Assembly (NCBI GenBank): GCA_018672055.1
Contig: JABHGM010000001.1
Location: 353,404 to 417,403 of the forward strand
Source of the DNA: a bacterium
GTDB taxonomy: Bacteria; Patescibacteriota; Patescibacteriia; UBA1558; UBA10009
Length of the DNA: 64,000 nt
Direction: 5' to 3'
A program made the position numbers and the translations under genes. Shown here one piece after another: positions 20,261 to 28,934 of the stretch. The notes beneath the pieces were generated by a model. That model ran no database searches. It had not been told where the DNA came from and saw only the letters and a list, made by a program, of their open reading frames with translations. Within the stretch, counting starts at the first letter, position 1, and the number at the start of each line of letters is the position of its first letter.

Positions 20261-21571
20261 TTATTTTATTTTTCTAATTTTAATTATAATAGGTGTTCCT
20301 AAAAAACCAAACTGAGCTCTTAATTGTTTTTCAATAAATTTAAAGTATGATTCTTTTAGATCAGATTGAATATCTTTAACTAGTTCAAAATATGGTGGAT
20401 CCATACCAATCTGTTTTAAATTGAAAAGTTTTGGTTTAGCTGTACCTTTGCCTCTGGAAGGTGGATGTTTTTTAACAACCTTTTTTAAGAATTTATTTAA
20501 AGCATTATCTGTTATTTGTCTATGTCTTTCTTGATACACTTCTAATGATAAATCTAATAATTTTCTAACTCTTTGTTTTTCTAAAGCTGAAATAAAGATA
20601 ATTGGAGCGAATGATAAGAAGGGGAAATATGAGTAGTAATAATTTACATACTTATTAATAGTTAAATCATCTTTATCTGGTATTAAATCCCATTTATTTG
20701 CTGCTATTATTAATGAAGTATTACTTTTTAATATTTCACTTGCTAGCATTTTATCTTGCCTACCTAATTTTTTAGAAGCCTCAGTCATTAAAACTGTAAT
20801 GTCTGCACGTTCTAATGATTTAATACTTTGAGCTACACTAAATTTTTCTAATTTATTTCTTATCTTACTTTTTTTTCTAACTCCTGCTGTATCTATTAAA
20901 TTAAAGTTAAAGCCTTTATGCTTAATCATAATATCTTGGCTATCACGTGTAGTGTATGGTTCAGCTGAGGTAATTACTCTGTCTTCACCTAAAATAGAAT
21001 TAATTAAAGTTGATTTACCTGTATTAGGTTTACCTAAGATAGCTACACCAATACTCTTTTCTGGTTTTTGCTTTTTAGTGTTAGCAACATTCTTAGCAAT
21101 TTCATCTAGTAGGTCACCAGTCCCTGTACCATTAAGTGCTGAGATTGGATATGGATCACCTAAGTTTAATTTATAATACTCAGCTACATTTTCTTTCATC
21201 TTTTTATTATCTGCTTTATTTACTACTAAGATAACTTTCTTTTTACTTTTTTTAAGCATAGCTGCTACTTCTTTGTCTTGAGGCATTAAACCATCTTTAG
21301 CATCAACTAAAAAAAGAATTAAATTTGCTTCCTTTTTAGCAATATCTGCTTGTCTTAAAATATCTTTTTCAATATCTTTTGGATGGACAATATCAATACC
21401 ACCAGTGTCAACTAGATCAAATCTTTTAGAATTCCAAATTATTTCTTGATAATTTCTATCCCTAGTTGTTCCAGCAATATCAGAAGTAATGGCAACACGT
21501 TTTTCTGTTAAAGTATTAAATAGTGTTGATTTACCTGTATTTGCTCTACCAATTAAAACGACTTTATGCAT
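20261..21571 (-). CDS. der: Ribosome-biogenesis GTPase Der (EngA)
   Basis: 436 aa. Two tandem GTPase domains (GRANTGKSTLFN and GKPNTGKSTLIN) plus a KH-like C-terminus. Confidence 0.93.
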   Translation of the reverse strand: MHKVVLIGRANTGKSTLFNTLTEKRVAITSDIAGTTRDRNYQEIIWNSKRFDLVDTGGIDIVHPKDIEKDILRQADIAKKEANLILFLVDAKDGLMPQDKEVAAMLKKSKKKVILVVNKADNKKMKENVAEYYKLNLGDPYPISALNGTGTGDLLDEIAKNVANTKKQKPEKSIGVAILGKPNTGKSTLINSILGEDRVITSAEPYTTRDSQDIMIKHKGFNFNLIDTAGVRKKSKIRNKLEKFSVAQSIKSLERADITVLMTEASKKLGRQDKMLASEILKSNTSLIIAANKWDLIPDKDDLTINKYVNYYYSYFPFLSFAPIIFISALEKQRVRKLLDLSLEVYQERHRQITDNALNKFLKKVVKKHPPSRGKGTAKPKLFNLKQIGMDPPYFELVKDIQSDLKESYFKFIEKQLRAQFGFLGTPIIIKIRKIK

Positions 21572-21636
21572 ATTTTATTGTTATATTTAAATATTAATTA
21601 ATTTGATTTTATCAGTTTTTTAAGATTTTAGCTAAT

Positions 21637-21669
21637 AAAAAACTCCTTGCTATATTTTAAACAAGGAGT
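21637..21669 (-). terminator. Intrinsic terminator on the minus strand (ACTCCTTG-loop-CAAGGAGT + T-run on minus)
   Basis: Read directly, downstream of the LCP-family gene. Confidence 0.5.
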
Positions 21670-21813
21670 GATTCTTATATATAATGATTTACCAAAATCT
21701 TGATGAAAGAATAATTATTCTCATTTTTAGATTATTCATTATATTTTTACCTATAAATGGGCTTTTTAGAGGCTTAAATAAGCTTCTATACAATTCCCTA
21801 TGACGTCTATTCA

Positions 21814-23376
21814 TTAATCCTCCAGTATTTCTTCAATTACTTCGTCTGTTGAAGTAGAAGTTTCTATTTTAGGTTCGGGTATTTTAAATTCATTAGCATG
21901 ATCTTGTCCTAGTATAATAATAATATCAGGTTGATTATTTAAAGAACTTGGTGTGGTCGTAGCATTTAAATTATATTCTTGTAAAATGTATTCAGGAACG
22001 TCTTTAGCAATGTAGGCATCTAAATCGTTTTCTAACTTCTCTAAAGTTAATTCTTTTTCTCCGTCTGTTAGATCATAGATAATTGTTTTTTGATAATCAT
22101 CAGATGGTGCATTATCATATGATATTACATTATAATTAATTTTTTCTAAATAAAGATATGTGTATAGAGCTAGACCTGTTATTTCTGTACCATTTTGTAT
22201 GGCTATCTTAGCGTTTTCATCTTTAATCTTATTTAATTCAAATATATTTTTTATTAATGATGATAGTTTATTATAATCTCCATTCCTAGGTTGTAAAACA
22301 TAAGCGCCTTCTTCGGTAATCATAGGTTCTAACAAGCTACCTGGTGAATCATCTAAAACAAATCGAGATATATTTTCATTATCAATACTTTTGGCAATTT
22401 CTGCTAATTTTAAAGCTTGCCAAACTGAGATATTGGTATCAACATGATCATCTAATAATTCAAAGATACTGGATATTTTTTTAGGGCTAGTTAAAGTTGA
22501 AAATGATAGTACCTTATCTTTAACAGCTTGGATTAATAATTGTTGTCTTCTACTTCTAGCAAAGTCTCCGCTCTCTCCATTAGTTCCATGCCTAGATCTA
22601 ACAAACATTAGAGCAGTGTTACCATCCATTAGCTGCATGCCTTGTTCAAAGGAAACAGTTTGAGTTAAAAAGTCATCAGTTGGAAATGATTCATCAACAA
22701 AACTTCTTACAACATCAATATTAATACCACCAAGATCATCAATAAATGTTTCAAAGCCAGTAAAATCTATAATACTATGATAATGTATTTTAATGCCTAA
22801 GTTTTCTTCAATGATAGCAGTTGCATCAACACCTGCTGTTTTATAATTCTCAGCGTATTCATAGGCATAGATAGAATTAATTTTTTGATAGCTATTATCT
22901 TGTAACTTTATTATTAAATCACGTGGTAATGAAATTAAAGCAATCTCTGAAGTTGATGGTTTTATACTACCAAGTATAATAGTGTCAGTTAAAAAAGGTC
23001 CTTCATGACCAACACCACCAACACCCATTAATAGAAAGTTAATTCTGTCACTACCTTCACCAGATAATTTTTTATCAGCACTACTTATTAAATTAGCCAA
23101 GTGCCTGAACGGATTAAATTTATTTAAAGGATTAGCACTAGAATCAGGTGTAGAAAAAGTTATTTCAGATAAATACATACCACCTGTTATAATCAATATT
23201 AGAGTAAGAACTAATATAATTTTTAAAATATTAAACTTAGACTCTTTGGGTTGTTCTAATACTTGGGTTTCAACAGATTTTTTAGCCAATGGTTTAGGTA
23301 CTAAAAAATCAACCCTATCACTAGGCCTATTTCTAATTACTTTTGATCTTTTATGTATACCGTCAAGTGAACCCAT
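21814..23376 (-). CDS. LytR-CpsA-Psr (LCP) family cell-envelope phosphotransferase with a C-terminal LytR_C-like extension
   Basis: 520 aa. N-terminal TM, then LCP core (NFLLMGVGGVG..DTIILGSIKP..ISLPRDL). Confidence 0.8.
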   Translation of the reverse strand: MGSLDGIHKRSKVIRNRPSDRVDFLVPKPLAKKSVETQVLEQPKESKFNILKIILVLTLILIITGGMYLSEITFSTPDSSANPLNKFNPFRHLANLISSADKKLSGEGSDRINFLLMGVGGVGHEGPFLTDTIILGSIKPSTSEIALISLPRDLIIKLQDNSYQKINSIYAYEYAENYKTAGVDATAIIEENLGIKIHYHSIIDFTGFETFIDDLGGINIDVVRSFVDESFPTDDFLTQTVSFEQGMQLMDGNTALMFVRSRHGTNGESGDFARSRRQQLLIQAVKDKVLSFSTLTSPKKISSIFELLDDHVDTNISVWQALKLAEIAKSIDNENISRFVLDDSPGSLLEPMITEEGAYVLQPRNGDYNKLSSLIKNIFELNKIKDENAKIAIQNGTEITGLALYTYLYLEKINYNVISYDNAPSDDYQKTIIYDLTDGEKELTLEKLENDLDAYIAKDVPEYILQEYNLNATTTPSSLNNQPDIIIILGQDHANEFKIPEPKIETSTSTDEVIEEILED

Positions 23377-23408
23377 AAAACAGATGAATTATAGTAAGAA
23401 ATGGAGTC

Positions 23409-23438
23409 TTGGTCAATACTTTTAAATAGTGATATACT
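23409..23438 (+). promoter_or_regulatory. Promoter of tRNA-Val (TTGGTC-18-TATACT)
   Basis: Read directly, about 14 nt upstream of the tRNA. Confidence 0.4.
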
Positions 23439-23451
23439 AGCATTTTAAAGA

Positions 23452-23528
23452 GGACGCGTAGCTCAGCTGGTTAGAGCGCTTGATTCACATTCAAGAGGTC
23501 AGTGGTTCAAATCCTCTCGTGTCCACCA
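23452..23528 (+). tRNA. tRNA-Val (CAC)
   Basis: Acceptor GGACGCG/CGTGTCC, anticodon stem CTTGA/TCAAG with loop TTCACAT, T-loop TTCAAAT, CCA encoded. Confidence 0.85.
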
Positions 23529-23536
23529 TTTTTGAA

Positions 23537-23565
23537 ATAAAAAACCCCTACTATTAAAGTGGGGG
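23537..23565 (-). terminator. Intrinsic terminator for the minus-strand 115-aa gene (8-bp stem CCCCTACT/AGTGGGGG, T-run on minus)
   Basis: Read directly. Confidence 0.55.
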
Positions 23566-23584
23566 TTAAAGAAGTTTGTTTACT

Positions 23585-23932
23585 TCAAGCAGATTGAGAC
23601 CCATTCATTTTTTTTATCTTACGATTTCGTCGGTGAAGAATATAGACTTCTATAAGCATAACTATTAATATTACTGGCATAAAAACTACAAATACTCTAT
23701 GATTGAATATTTGACTTAATGGCCAACCAGCCGCTAAAACTCCAGATAAGCCTGAAAGTAAGCCTGCAATTAGCCCTCCAAACAAACTAATTGGTATTGC
23801 CACAAATAAAGGCGTTTTCGTATTATTATCAAGTTTTACAAACCATTTATGATCATAAAGTTTTTCAAGACATTTTTCAAGCCATTCTAAGACATGAAAT
23901 ACATATTTTTTTAACATTGTTTTTCCTTTCAT
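23585..23932 (-). CDS. Hypothetical small membrane protein
   Basis: 115 aa, two TM helices (Gly-rich GGLIAGLLSGLSGVLAAG). Confidence 0.45.
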   Translation of the reverse strand: MKGKTMLKKYVFHVLEWLEKCLEKLYDHKWFVKLDNNTKTPLFVAIPISLFGGLIAGLLSGLSGVLAAGWPLSQIFNHRVFVVFMPVILIVMLIEVYILHRRNRKIKKMNGSQSA

Positions 23933-24005
23933 TGTATTTAAAGAACTAATTGATATAATTACTTTATCTTATTGAATAAGCTGTGTCAATTTAACATATA
24001 AATAT

Positions 24006-24473
24006 ATGTCTAAAATAACTAATCTAACTTACATTTTAAATGATAATAATGAAGTGCTTTTAATTAAGGTAATGAGAGGTGTAAGTAAAGGCTATTGGAA
24101 CGCGCCAGGTGGTAAGTTAGAGGATAATGAAACAATTGAAGAATCAGCAATTAGAGAGACAGAAGAAGAAATAGGAATAAAAGTATTTAATTTAAAGCCA
24201 ATGGGTATTATTGAATTTGTAGCTCCAGAAAAAAAAGATAATGAAAGTAAATGCTATATCTTTACCACTACTAAATATGAAGGTGAGCCCAAGCCTTCTG
24301 ATGAAGGCATTCCTAAATGGTTTAAAATAGATGAAATACCATATGACAAGATGTGGGAAGATGACAGAGATTGGTTGCCTGAAGTGCTTGAAAAAGGTAA
24401 GGCAGTATATAAAAGATATCATTTAGATAAAGATGATAAGGTAGTGAAAGTAGAGGACTTGAAATTAAGTTAA
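24006..24473 (+). CDS. NUDIX hydrolase
   Basis: 155 aa. Nudix box GGKLEDNETIEESAIRETEEEIGI. Confidence 0.85.
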   Translation: MSKITNLTYILNDNNEVLLIKVMRGVSKGYWNAPGGKLEDNETIEESAIRETEEEIGIKVFNLKPMGIIEFVAPEKKDNESKCYIFTTTKYEGEPKPSDEGIPKWFKIDEIPYDKMWEDDRDWLPEVLEKGKAVYKRYHLDKDDKVVKVEDLKLS

Positions 24474-24497
24474 ATTTGTGATAATATAGAGTAAATT

Positions 24498-25136
24498 TTG
24501 CTAAAAATAAACAAAAAACTTAACATGGAAGAATCATTAAATAATTTACCTCCTGCTCCTAATCAACCATCTTACGCACAAAAGATTGGTGAATTTGTTT
24601 GGGAAATAGTTAAGATAGTAGTTATAGCTTTAGTTATAATTGTGCCTGTTAGAATGTATATTATTCAACCTTTTATTGTTGAAGGCGCTTCTATGGAACC
24701 TAACTTTTATGATGGTCAATATTTAATTGTTGATGAATTAAGTTATTTACTAGGTACTCCTAAAAGAGGTGAAGTTGTAATTTTTCATCCACCCAGTGAT
24801 AAAGATGTTTATTATATAAAAAGAGTTATTGGTTTACCTGGTGAAAGAGTTTTGATTGAAAATGGTTCTATATATATATTTAATAATTCAAAGCCAACAG
24901 GTACTAGGCTTAATGAAGAAGAATATAGTTTAGATCATAAAATTGTTAAAAGTGAAAAAGATGATTTAACTCTAAAAGATGATGAGTATTATTTAATTGG
25001 TGATAATAGAACAAATAGTTTGGATTCAAGAAGAATTGGTCCAATTAAAATAGATTTTATAAAAGGCCGTGCTTGGGTAAGAGCTTTCCCATTTGATGAC
25101 TTTTCTATATTTAAAGCTCCTAACTACAATTTTTAA
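24498..25136 (+). CDS. lepB: Signal peptidase I
   Basis: 212 aa. N-terminal TM, Ser box GASMEPN, KRVIGLPGE, GDNR..S.DSR boxes. Confidence 0.92.
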   Translation: MLKINKKLNMEESLNNLPPAPNQPSYAQKIGEFVWEIVKIVVIALVIIVPVRMYIIQPFIVEGASMEPNFYDGQYLIVDELSYLLGTPKRGEVVIFHPPSDKDVYYIKRVIGLPGERVLIENGSIYIFNNSKPTGTRLNEEEYSLDHKIVKSEKDDLTLKDDEYYLIGDNRTNSLDSRRIGPIKIDFIKGRAWVRAFPFDDFSIFKAPNYNF

Positions 25137-25137
25137 T

Positions 25138-26466
25138 ATGGGTAAAACTAAAAATTTTCAAACAGTTAAAGGCATGAAGGATATATTGCCTGATGAACAA
25201 AAATATTGGAAGTATATTTATGGCTTAGTTGATAACCTAGCTCGTGAATATGGTTTTTCTAGAATTGATTTACCTCTAGTTGAAGATACTTCACTTTATT
25301 CAAGATCAGTTGGTACATCTTCAGAAATAGTTGAAAAAGAAATGTATTCATTTACTGATAAAGGTGATTCTAATATTTCTATGAGACCTGAATTTACTGC
25401 TGGTATTGTTCGTTCATATATAGAGCATGGCATGTTAGATAAGCCTCAGCCTTTAAAGCTATATACTACTGGTCCATGTTTTAGATATGATAGACCTCAA
25501 TCAGGCAGATATAGACAATTTCATCAAATTAATTTTGAAATAATTGGTGAAGCTGATCCTATAACTGATGCTCAAATAATTCAAATTGCTTTTAAAATAA
25601 ATCAATTAGTTGGTCTTGATGTAGTTATGCAAGTAAATAGTATTGGCTGTAAAGACTGTCGTCCAGATTATGAAAAAGTATTAAAAGATTATTTAAAAAA
25701 ACACAGATCTAAGTTAAGTGAAATATCTAAAAAAAGATTTATTAAAAATCCTCTTAGAATTTTAGATTCAAAAGAAAAAGAAGATCAAGAAGTTATTGAT
25801 AATGCACCTCAGCAAGTTGATCACTTATGTGATGGTTGTAAGAATCATTTTATACAAGTTTTAGAGTATTTAGATGAAATAGAAGTTCCTTATGCTTTAA
25901 ATCCTAGAATTGTTAGAGGTTTAGATTATTATAGTAGAACTACTTTTGAAATAACACCTGCTAGTGATGAAGAACAAGGCAGACAAAGTGCTTTAGGTGG
26001 TGGCGGTAGATATGATGATTTGGTTGAATTAATTGGTGGACGTCCTGATACCCCTGCTGTTGGCTTTGCTTCTGGTATTGAAAGATTAATTTTACAAATA
26101 AAGAGTAAAGATTTAAAAGTACCATCAGATCCAGAGGTTGATGTATTTTTAGCACAGCTTGGAATTGAAGCTAGAAAAAAAGCTTTAGTACTATTTGAAG
26201 AATTAAAAGATGCAGGCTTTAATATACGTGAAGGATTTTCAAAAAAAGGTTTAAAGAATCAATTAGAGTTAGCTGATAAGCTGAATGCTAAATTAAGTTT
26301 AATTCTTGGTCAAAAAGAAATACTGGATGGTACTATTATGGTTAGAGACATGGAAGGTGGCATTCAAGAAGTAATTGATTACAAGAAGATAATCCCTGAA
26401 CTTGAAAAACGATTAAAGAAAGTTGAAACTATAGTAGTTAATGATAAAATTAAAGAAGAAAAATAA
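25138..26466 (+). CDS. hisS: Histidyl-tRNA synthetase
   Basis: Class II aaRS with HisRS motifs (MKDILPDE, FRYDRPQSGRYRQFHQ, GGGRYD), C-terminal anticodon-binding domain. Start set at ATG 25138 (MGKTKNF..), not the track ORF start 25093, which overlaps lepB. Confidence 0.9.
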   Translation: MGKTKNFQTVKGMKDILPDEQKYWKYIYGLVDNLAREYGFSRIDLPLVEDTSLYSRSVGTSSEIVEKEMYSFTDKGDSNISMRPEFTAGIVRSYIEHGMLDKPQPLKLYTTGPCFRYDRPQSGRYRQFHQINFEIIGEADPITDAQIIQIAFKINQLVGLDVVMQVNSIGCKDCRPDYEKVLKDYLKKHRSKLSEISKKRFIKNPLRILDSKEKEDQEVIDNAPQQVDHLCDGCKNHFIQVLEYLDEIEVPYALNPRIVRGLDYYSRTTFEITPASDEEQGRQSALGGGGRYDDLVELIGGRPDTPAVGFASGIERLILQIKSKDLKVPSDPEVDVFLAQLGIEARKKALVLFEELKDAGFNIREGFSKKGLKNQLELADKLNAKLSLILGQKEILDGTIMVRDMEGGIQEVIDYKKIIPELEKRLKKVETIVVNDKIKEEK

Positions 26467-26555
26467 TCGATATATAATAAAATATCCTCAAATAATATGG
26501 GGATTTTTTATTTGACTTATGATAATAATTATGTTATCACTATAGTTAGAATTAA

Positions 26556-26571
26556 TCGATTAATTAATCGA
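26556..26571. promoter_or_regulatory. Perfect 16-bp palindrome TCGATTAATTAATCGA upstream of rpsU (candidate operator)
   Basis: Read directly, 43 nt upstream of the rpsU GTG start. TTAATCGA is also a direct repeat 12 nt apart. Confidence 0.35.
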
Positions 26572-26613
26572 AATTCTTAAATAATAAATCTTATATGAAA
26601 GGTAGGTGAAGAC

Positions 26614-26871
26614 GTGTTAGAAGTAAAAAGAAAAGATAATGAAAGTTTTGAATCACTTGTTAGAAGATTTTCTAAAAAGTTGATGCAAAGCGGCAGAGTT
26701 ATCCAAGCTAAAAAAATTAGATATCATACAAAACCATTAAATAAGAGAGCCCAGAAATTAAAGGCTCTAAGACGTGAAGAAATTAATGATAAGAGAGAAT
26801 ATTTACGTAAAATTGGTAAATTGGATGAATATTTAGAAAATAAAAAAAGAATTGTTGTTAAAAAAAGATAA
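26614..26871 (+). CDS. rpsU: 30S ribosomal protein S21 (GTG start)
   Basis: 85 aa. VKRKDNESFESLVRRFSKK..GRV...KKIRYHTKP is an S21 signature. AGGTAGGTGA ribosome-binding site upstream. Confidence 0.88.
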   Translation: MLEVKRKDNESFESLVRRFSKKLMQSGRVIQAKKIRYHTKPLNKRAQKLKALRREEINDKREYLRKIGKLDEYLENKKRIVVKKR

Positions 26872-26873
26872 CT

Positions 26874-27323
26874 ATGTTAGATATTGAAAAAAGAATAGAT
26901 GCTAATTTAATTAAAGCCTTAAAAGCTAAAGAAAGCGATATAGTAGATACCTTAAGATTAGTTAAAACAGCATTAAAGAATGAGCAAATTGCTAAGAAAG
27001 AAGAATTGAATGAGTCAGATATTTTAAAAGTATTGAAAAAGGAAGCAAAAAAGCGCAAAGAAGCTAGTATTGCATTTGAAAAAGGCAATAGGCCTCAATT
27101 AAAGGAAAAAGAAGATACTGAACTCAAAATTATTTTAGAATACTTACCCGAAGAAATATCAGATGAGGAATTGAACAAATTAGTAGATGAAGTATTAAGT
27201 AATCATCAAGAAGCTTCAATGCAAGATTTTGGCACTATTATGAAAGAAGTAATGGCTAAAACAGATAATCAAGTTGATGGATCCAGGGTAAGTGGATTAG
27301 TAAAAGGGAAATTAAGTTCATAA
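26874..27323 (+). CDS. GatB/YqeY-domain protein
   Basis: 149 aa. Resembles YqeY (AIKNEQIAK..LSDEEVLKVLKKEAKKRKEA..). Sits downstream of rpsU as in many bacteria. Confidence 0.8.
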   Translation: MLDIEKRIDANLIKALKAKESDIVDTLRLVKTALKNEQIAKKEELNESDILKVLKKEAKKRKEASIAFEKGNRPQLKEKEDTELKIILEYLPEEISDEELNKLVDEVLSNHQEASMQDFGTIMKEVMAKTDNQVDGSRVSGLVKGKLSS

Positions 27324-27341
27324 ATTATTTAGAACTCGCCC

Positions 27342-28934
27342 ATGCTTTTAAGTCAAAAAACAAAAATTACAAAAACAGCTACAATAGCCTTAGTTTTAGT
27401 CTTTGCGGTAGCTGTTTTTATGTTACTTACAACCATTGCTTTCGCTCAAGATGATTTTGGTTTAGAACCGGTTGTAGAATCAGGTTTAGGTACTACGGAC
27501 ATTAGATTAGTTATTATTAATATTATAAGGGTAGCTTTAGGTTTCTTAGGGATTTTAGCTGTTATCATAATATTATATGGTGGCTATGTTTGGATGACAT
27601 CTGCTGGTAATGATGAAAATGTTAACAAAGCTAAAAGAATATTGGTTAATGGCGTAATTGGTTTAGTAATAATATTATCATCTTACGCTATTGTAACTTT
27701 TGTTTTTAATAAGATGGAAGATGTTATATTTGGAGATGGTTCAGAACAAGGTAGTGGTTATCAGAATTCTGATATTTCTGCAGGAGCTTTGGGTGGCGGG
27801 GTTATAGAAAGCGTTTATCCTTTACCTGGTGCTAATAATGTACCACGTAATACTTTAATAATGGTTTCATTTAAAGAAGAAATACTTTTAGATAGTATTA
27901 TAACTGGTACTCATGCTAATTGTCCTGAGAATATATCATGTGGTATTTTAGCCGGTGATTCCGAAGATCCAAATGTTAAGATACTAAATTTAAATGACAA
28001 CTCCATAATGTCGGCTAGTGATGTCATGGTTTATACTACTGATTTAAAAAATTATATCTTTGATCCATATGGTAGTACAGGTTCACATTTAGGTAACCCT
28101 AATGGCTATACTGATTATCAAGTTAATCTCTCAACTAATATATATTTTAATAATGATTTAAATACTCCAGTCTTTTCTTTAGATGGCTATACTTGGAATT
28201 TTGAAATAAGTAATATTATAGATTTAACACCACCGACAATTATTTCACGTATACCTCAAGGTGAGGTTAACAGGAATGTAGTTATTCAAATAGTATTTAG
28301 TGAAGCTATTAATGCTGCTGCTGCTGTTAATTTAAATAGCGTTGATGTTTTATATGAAAATGTAGCAGGTGAAGAAATATTAATAGAAGGAAGTAGAGTA
28401 ATAAGTAATGGTTTTACAACTCTAACTATTGTTTCTGATATAGCGTGTGAAGGACCTTCAGAGTTTAATTCATGTGGTGATCCAGTCTATTGTTTTCCAG
28501 GTGATGAAGATATTTCTGTAACAGTTAAAGCTGTGACTGATCCTTTATTTCCTTTAGCTGGTATTTCTGATACAGCTGGTAATTCTTTAGCTTTAGACAA
28601 TTCTTGGCTTTTTAATACAAATAATGAATTAGATTTAGATCCTCCTGAATTAGAATCTATTGATCCAGTAGATAATGCTGAACTGGTACCACGTAATAAG
28701 GTGATAGAGGCAGTATTTAATGAAGATCTATTAGCTAGCAGTGTAAATAGTACTAATGTTTTAATATATAATGGTTCATTAAATGATACTCCATATACTG
28801 TTAATTTAAATAATCATGATTTGATTAGAATTAACGCTACTATGGTAGGTAATGCTACATATAGTACACGTTTAACTTCAGGCATTAAAGATATTTATCA
28901 AAATTGTTTTATTCCTCCTTTAACTAATCCATAA
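27342..28934 (+). CDS. Surface protein: VirB2/TrbC-like (T4SS-pilin-like) N-terminal two-helix domain fused to three SbsA/Big_5-like Ig domains
   Basis: 530 aa. Signal peptide (cleavage near AFA|QDD), then GLEPV..GLG and two hydrophobic helices (IIRVALGFLGILAVIIILYGGYVWMTSAG / ILVNGVIGLVIILSSYAIVTFVF). Three Ig-like modules begin PLPGANNVPRNTLIMVSF, IPQGEVNRNVVIQIVFSE, IDPVDNAELVPRNKVIEAVFNE. Stop overlaps the next start (ATAATG). Confidence 0.75.
   Translation: MLLSQKTKITKTATIALVLVFAVAVFMLLTTIAFAQDDFGLEPVVESGLGTTDIRLVIINIIRVALGFLGILAVIIILYGGYVWMTSAGNDENVNKAKRILVNGVIGLVIILSSYAIVTFVFNKMEDVIFGDGSEQGSGYQNSDISAGALGGGVIESVYPLPGANNVPRNTLIMVSFKEEILLDSIITGTHANCPENISCGILAGDSEDPNVKILNLNDNSIMSASDVMVYTTDLKNYIFDPYGSTGSHLGNPNGYTDYQVNLSTNIYFNNDLNTPVFSLDGYTWNFEISNIIDLTPPTIISRIPQGEVNRNVVIQIVFSEAINAAAAVNLNSVDVLYENVAGEEILIEGSRVISNGFTTLTIVSDIACEGPSEFNSCGDPVYCFPGDEDISVTVKAVTDPLFPLAGISDTAGNSLALDNSWLFNTNNELDLDPPELESIDPVDNAELVPRNKVIEAVFNEDLLASSVNSTNVLIYNGSLNDTPYTVNLNNHDLIRINATMVGNATYSTRLTSGIKDIYQNCFIPPLTNP

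Noticed and set aside
21683-21803. 39-codon plus-strand ORF between der and the LCP gene
   Set aside because: No ribosome-binding site and a hydrophobic low-complexity sequence. It lies between a minus-strand terminator and the minus-strand gene end, and is probably non-coding.
25093-25137. hisS start at 25093, overlapping lepB
   Set aside because: The conserved HisRS N-terminus starts at MGKTKNF (ATG 25138), immediately after the lepB stop. The upstream codons are frame read-through.
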